A stretch of DNA of 64,000 nt, taken from contig CAWGYA010000002.1 in the NCBI GenBank assembly GCA_963826715.1, positions 416,001-480,000 on the forward strand. Reading direction: 5' to 3'. Shown piece by piece: positions 59,186 through 64,000 of the stretch. Both the position numbers and the translations under genes were made by a program. The stretch is from Candidatus Bathyarchaeota archaeon (GTDB lineage: Archaea; Thermoproteota; Bathyarchaeia; Bathyarchaeales; Bathycorpusculaceae). How positions within the stretch are numbered: position 1 is the first letter of the stretch; every line of letters begins with the position of its first letter. The notes beneath the pieces were generated by a model, which saw only the letters and a program-made list of their open reading frames with translations, was not told where the DNA came from and searched no databases.

Positions 59186-62061
59186 TATTTAGTTATTCGA
59201 ATTTGGGTAACTGCAAATAGTTTGATGATGGGTACGAGATTTTTCTTCCTTTCAAGCCCTATTTTTTCTTGAATCCTTTGCTGCAACAGTTCTTTTAGTT
59301 TTGATTCTTTTATATTAGCTATTGCGATATTCTGAATTGCTTTTTCCTTATCATCAAAATACTTTGAGTACTTTTCCTGTTCTTCGGTAACCTTTTTTAT
59401 CAATTCAAGCTTGGCTACGCTAAAAAGTTGCCGCACTTTGCTTTCGAGTTCTAAGTTAGAGACTTCCATTGCTTTATCAGGTTCTGTAATAACTTTCACA
59501 TTTATTCCAGTTTGCAAACTCTGACTGCCTTCCAGATTTTCAAGTAGTCTACTTACATTTTCATTGTATTTCAAATTATCATCTATGAATACAGGGGCCA
59601 AGAATCTTCTTAAGAATCCTTGATTATTTGTGAAATCGACTCTATAATAAAAAAGGAGCCCTTTTGTCTCATAATTCGAATTTAATAGTTCAGCAGTAAA
59701 AGTAAGAAAATCTTTTTCCATAATTTCCTCAGTGATTTTTTGGACCAACGGATGTGTAATGCCTATGTACTCATAATTTTCGTTCTCCAGAGCGATATCC
59801 TTGTCAAAAACAGCATTTCTTAGCCTTGAATCCCCAATTTGCTGGTCTGAATAATACACACCTTTCGACTTTGAATACTCAGTCAATGCTGAGTTGCTCA
59901 TCTTACCATAAGATTCAACGAGATTCTTAATAATTAATGACGCATTCTTAACAACTGAGTTCTGAAGTTTTTTAAAATCTATTGGGTCAGAGAAAGGAAC
60001 AAGATATTCTTGCTTTTCAATAATATCTTGAGCTCGGCTGTAAATTTCGTCACCTATTTTTTGGAGCTCCAAAGCTTTGCTGTTATTGAACTTAATCGCT
60101 TCAATGAATATCTTATCAAAATTGAATTCGTCTTGTAATAGACTCAGCACATCTGTTTTCTTGTCATCGCCAAATTGCGCAGCGATTCTATCCAGCTTTT
60201 CATTGAGAACATCTCTAATTCTTTCTTCAACGGTATCCTTTAGGATAAAATTGAACACAAGGACGTCTTTCTTTTGGCCAATTCTATCAAGCCTTCCGAT
60301 CCTTTGTTCAATTTTCATTGGATTCCAAGGTAAATCGTAATTAATCATAATGTGGGCAAATTGAAGGTTGATGCCTTCCCCGCCTGCGTCTGTTGAAATT
60401 AAAATTTGAAAATCTTCTTTGAACTTCATTTTTGCTTCAATCTTTTTGTCGAGAGGCATTTTTCCATTCAAGTAGGCAACTTTGAAACCCAGACTTTCCA
60501 GTATTTCTCCGAGATATTTCTGAGTTGAGATAAATTCAGTAAAAATCAAAAATTTTGTATGCAAATCGCTTTCTCTTTTGATAACCTCATTTATTATTTC
60601 AACAGCTTTTTTCACTTTAAAATCGTGGCGACCAAAGCTTGCTCTCTTAGCTAACATAACGCATTTAGTTAGTATTTCTATTTCGTCATTTATTTTAGAT
60701 TCAATTGCAATAATATTCCTTTTACTCTCAGCAGGATCGCTTATTAACTCATCATAAGCCTCCTGACCCTGCAAATCATCAAGCTCAACATCGTCTGCAA
60801 TTTTCTTTATTTCTTTTGATGTTTCAGATGATATGCCTCGTAACAATTCAAGTCGTTTGTTAAGCGCCTCGTATATTGCTCGGGAGCTACTGGACACCAT
60901 TCTCTGATACAATATAAGAAGAAACATGAAAGCGAAATTTCCCTCTCTCGATGCTAGGTTATAATAGCTCGAAACATAATCGCTGACTTCATCGTATAGT
61001 TGGACCTCAATATCCTCAGGTTCTCTCTGAATTTTAACAATGCTCGTAATTCTTGATTTAAAGATAAGATTACCATTGAAATCTGTAGCTGCCCTTTTCT
61101 TATTCTTGATCGTTACAGATCTTACGTTATCGGGAATTAGAGAATCTGATGCATAAAACTTGTAAGAGTCAATCAAGGAGAGCAAGTGTCTAAATTTTTC
61201 CCCATCCCCTTGATGAGGTGTCGCAGTCAACAAAAGAAAAATTGGCGTAACCTCAGAAAGCGCTTTCCCAATCTTATATCTTGATGTTTCTGTACCTTCT
61301 GAGTCTTTACTTAACTTGTGCGCTTCATCAAAAATTACCATATCCCAATCTGCGTTAATACATCCGTCAGTAACATTTTGATTATGCTCTTCTCTACTTT
61401 TTCTCACTTGCTCAGATAAAGAATTCCTAATTGCTTTTGGCTTAAGAAAGTCAAGAGAGGTAATAACATAATTGTATTTTTTCCAAACGTTTACATTTCC
61501 ATGAATCTCTTGCAGAGCTCTGAAGGTATTCCTATCTATGATAGTGAAATCTTCATTAAATTTAGTTTTTAATTCATCTTTCCATTGGGATGTTAATCCT
61601 GCGGGAGTTATGATGATTATTCTTTTTACCATATTTCTAAGCTTTAGTTCTTCGAATATCAATGAAGCTTCGATTGTTTTACCTAAACCTACCTCGTCAG
61701 CAATTAGGCATCTTGGCTTGAATTGTTCAATGATTTGGTTTACTGCTAATATTTGATGAGGTAAAGGAACAATTTTGAAATTATTGGCCGCGACAATTTT
61801 GTCCTGGTATAGCAATGCATTGATTTTTTCAGATAATATTCGAAGTTTCAAAAGATGTAAAACATCGAATTCTCCGTTATTTAACTTTTCAAGCGGAGTT
61901 ACTACCTTTGAAGTATCTTTTTCCTCAAGCGTCAAAGTCTCCTTAGATTTAGGAAAATAAATCTCATAATAATTGGTGCCATCAAAGGAATGAATATTGA
62001 TTATTCGACCTTGCTCTAAATCAGCATATACTGGACTTCTGACTATGTCTCCAATTTTCGT
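59185..62061 (-). CDS. brxHII: BREX type 3 SNF2/RapA-like helicase BrxHII (start probably ACG 62061)
   Basis: DEVGLGKT, DEAH, TATP, EGINLQ, QRIGR; 42 extra in-frame codons (TKIGDIVRSP...) upstream of track start. Confidence 0.85.
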   Translation of the reverse strand, partial: TKIGDIVRSPVYADLEQGRIINIHSFDGTNYYEIYFPKSKETLTLEEKDTSKVVTPLEKLNNGEFDVLHLLKLRILSEKINALLYQDKIVAANNFKIVPLPHQILAVNQIIEQFKPRCLIADEVGLGKTIEASLIFEELKLRNMVKRIIIITPAGLTSQWKDELKTKFNEDFTIIDRNTFRALQEIHGNVNVWKKYNYVITSLDFLKPKAIRNSLSEQVRKSREEHNQNVTDGCINADWDMVIFDEAHKLSKDSEGTETSRYKIGKALSEVTPIFLLLTATPHQGDGEKFRHLLSLIDSYKFYASDSLIPDNVRSVTIKNKKRAATDFNGNLIFKSRITSIVKIQREPEDIEVQLYDEVSDYVSSYYNLASREGNFAFMFLLILYQRMVSSSSRAIYEALNKRLELLRGISSETSKEIKKIADDVELDDLQGQEAYDELISDPAESKRNIIAIESKINDEIEILTKCVMLAKRASFGRHDFKVKKAVEIINEVIKRESDLHTKFLIFTEFISTQKYLGEILESLGFKVAYLNGKMPLDKKIEAKMKFKEDFQILISTDAGGEGINLQFAHIMINYDLPWNPMKIEQRIGRLDRIGQKKDVLVFNFILKDTVEERIRDVLNEKLDRIAAQFGDDKKTDVLSLLQDEFNFDKIFIEAIKFNNSKALELQKIGDEIYSRAQDIIEKQEYLVPFSDPIDFKKLQNSVVKNASLIIKNLVESYGKMSNSALTEYSKSKGVYYSDQQIGDSRLRNAVFDKDIALENENYEYIGITHPLVQKITEEIMEKDFLTFTAELLNSNYETKGLLFYYRVDFTNNQGFLRRFLAPVFIDDNLKYNENVSRLLENLEGSQSLQTGINVKVITEPDKAMEVSNLELESKVRQLFSVAKLELIKKVTEEQEKYSKYFDDKEKAIQNIAIANIKESKLKELLQQRIQEKIGLERKKNLVPIIKLFAVTQIRITK

Positions 62062-62130
62062 ATTCTATCCCTCTGACGATTCCTTTAATCTAAAGTCTTT
62101 GCAGGCACCGACTACCGCTATGAGGCTATT

Positions 62131-63999
62131 TTACTTCGTAATTCTCTTGATTTTGAGCCGAACATTTTCTTTGTTGTCTGCTTTCAATATTCCTTCTATG
62201 AAGGAATCGATACTCTCTTTGAAATTGTCAACTTTTAAAATGTCAGTCTCTTCAGTCAACTTTTTGTATAGATCAACAAGGTCTACTTCCTTGATTTCCA
62301 AATGCCGCAGTAAATTGTTTATGGCTTCGACCGTTTTATCATTTATTTCTTTATCTAGATATCCCTGCGAGATTATTCTTTGAATTATTCTTTTTTCGTC
62401 ATGTTCAAGGTTTGAAAAATTATTTTGGTTCTGAATTATTTCTTCAACAATACGAGACTCCCACATTTGTAAAATTTTTTCGAAACCCTGATTCAAAGCC
62501 TCAATTTGCGAATTTATGTTTCGTAGTGAATCCTCATTTAGATTTGGAAACTGGCAATGTGGGCAAATAGTTAGAGTCTTTAATTCATCAACATTAAAAA
62601 CAAGGCATTTTAGGTCCCTAAGTTGGGCAATCCTAAGCATGCCGTCAGTGAATGAGCCGTCATTATTGTAATTTATTTTTTGCAATATCTTTAATCGTTT
62701 TACCGTCTCAGAATTCTCTATATCCTCAAGTGTTCTCCAGTCAACTTTCTTTCCAACATATTTCTCGTGTGTATCATAGTAAATTTGCTGCCATTTTTCT
62801 TTGAAAAGCTTACCTTTGCCTTTTAGTGGTTCTCTTTCATCATTCTTGAGCATTTTTTTAATGCTGCTAACTATTAATTTTGAGTCGTCATAAATTTTGA
62901 GTAGTTGTTCACTTTCATTTGATTTGAAGAAATCAGATTTTATACACTCGTTAACGTTTTTCATGTAACTAATGTCTGATTGAATGTACGTAAAGTAATC
63001 ATTGAAAAAGCTCTTTAATTTCTGAATAGTATCGTAGCCTTGCTTGATCTGATTAATTCTATCTGGGCTGTAATCCAGCTTTTTGAATTCTACAATTGAT
63101 TTTATTCTTAACTTTGAGAAATCGACTTTTTCAATCTCTTGAACCTTCTCATTTAGAGCTTCAATAGGGATCCCAATATCTATCGATTGTTTTAGTCTTT
63201 CAAAATCCTCGCCAATTTCTTTAATGTCCTTTTGTATTCTTTCAACCTTTTCTATGTATTTCCTGTAAGCTTCTGGTCTATCTCTTTGAGTCTGCAAAAG
63301 ACTCTTGTCCTCACCTATTGCATCAAATAACGTTTGAACCTTTGAAACATTGAGGTCTTCTTCTTTTTTGATGTATGAAATATCATCAAAAGCTCTGAGT
63401 CCTCCACTAAATAGCGTATAGAAATCCGAAGCGGAATACAGGTTACCTCTTTTTGAGCTCAATATTATGTCGCCATTTCTTAGAAGCACAGCCAAAATTA
63501 ATTGCGTCAACTCACCCTGAAGACCGAATGGTTTTTTGGAAAACTCAGTTAGCACTTCCTGAATTGATATATTCTTGCCATCCTCTAACTTGTCAAGAAT
63601 GACCTTTGTATATTCGCTCTCTGTTGTATCAAGTCTATTGTCCTTGTACAACCCAAGAGGGAGCAAGATATTTGTTGATTGGGTTAAGAGGTCTTGCACA
63701 ATTCCTTGCTGTTTCTGGGAAATATCCCTTAAAATAGACTCAATTGTCCCTCTGATGTTTTCCGATGAGAGTTTTGACCTAAGTTTAGGGTACTTTGAGA
63801 ATTCTTTTGTAAATTCTTCATTCAAAATTCTCTGCTTTATCTGACTAAATATTTCAGCGCTTACATCAGCTGAAACACCTAAATCCTCCCCAAGTCTGCA
63901 ATTCTTTCCCTGATAGGTAATTTTCGCGTTTTGTAATGCTTCAATGAGGCGAGGTCTTAGCTCTCTATCAATTTCATTTCTTTTTTTATTCTGCATTAT
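62131..63999 (-). CDS. brxC: C-terminal part of BREX type 3 BrxC/DUF6079-like ATPase (5' truncated by window)
   Basis: KPFGL winged-helix segment, coiled coil, C...CPHCQF; position upstream of helicase/methylase/pglZ. Confidence 0.7.
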   Translation of the reverse strand: MMQNKKRNEIDRELRPRLIEALQNAKITYQGKNCRLGEDLGVSADVSAEIFSQIKQRILNEEFTKEFSKYPKLRSKLSSENIRGTIESILRDISQKQQGIVQDLLTQSTNILLPLGLYKDNRLDTTESEYTKVILDKLEDGKNISIQEVLTEFSKKPFGLQGELTQLILAVLLRNGDIILSSKRGNLYSASDFYTLFSGGLRAFDDISYIKKEEDLNVSKVQTLFDAIGEDKSLLQTQRDRPEAYRKYIEKVERIQKDIKEIGEDFERLKQSIDIGIPIEALNEKVQEIEKVDFSKLRIKSIVEFKKLDYSPDRINQIKQGYDTIQKLKSFFNDYFTYIQSDISYMKNVNECIKSDFFKSNESEQLLKIYDDSKLIVSSIKKMLKNDEREPLKGKGKLFKEKWQQIYYDTHEKYVGKKVDWRTLEDIENSETVKRLKILQKINYNNDGSFTDGMLRIAQLRDLKCLVFNVDELKTLTICPHCQFPNLNEDSLRNINSQIEALNQGFEKILQMWESRIVEEIIQNQNNFSNLEHDEKRIIQRIISQGYLDKEINDKTVEAINNLLRHLEIKEVDLVDLYKKLTEETDILKVDNFKESIDSFIEGILKADNKENVRLKIKRITK

Positions 64000-64000
64000 A

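Larger units (their letters stand above)
34614..64000. mobile_element. tRNA-integrated defence island, right end beyond window
   Basis: att-like tRNA fragment, abrupt switch to nucleases/helicases/BREX, visibly AT-richer blocks; no integrase seen in window. Confidence 0.7.

Noticed and set aside
61997-62383. 128-aa plus-strand ORF between brxC and brxHII
   Set aside because: Antisense to brxC and to the ACG-extended brxHII N-terminus
2027-63844. Numerous 60-140 aa ORFs antisense to or nested in long genes
   Set aside because: Shadow ORFs with no motifs or SD sites
1-64000. CRISPR array or cas genes
   Set aside because: No regularly spaced repeats seen; the Cas4-like Fe-S nuclease at ~50897-51600 is a domain fused to UvrD

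Overview
Archaeal chromosomal window, most consistent with Bathyarchaeia (inferred from gene content: tungsten AOR, two PurP paralogs, HdrCB-MvhGA, an EF-2 paralog, archaeal tRNA-Ile2). 1-34.6 kb is host housekeeping and anaerobic metabolism: peptidases, AOR, purine synthesis, a group 3c NiFe hydrogenase with HdrBC, LsrF, MsrB. At 34614-34630 lies an exact 17-nt 3' end of an archaeal tRNA-Gln, a probable att site. From there to the window end is a nuclease/helicase-rich island, most likely an integrated defence island. It holds a P-loop NTPase / dead DHH-like / wHTH-double-nuclease cluster with a 38-bp palindrome, a PLD nuclease, a coupled RNase J-like MBL hydrolase + PD-(D/E)XK pair, a Mokosh-II-like helicase-PLD, an unannotated RanBP2-type zinc finger, a Tiamat/sacsin-like ATPase-DUF3883, a UvrD-nuclease fusion and a type 3 BREX operon that runs off the end. 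Several genes appear to start at non-canonical codons (ACG x3, CTG, GTT) upstream of the ORF-track starts. All calls come from reading motifs by eye; no database searches were run.
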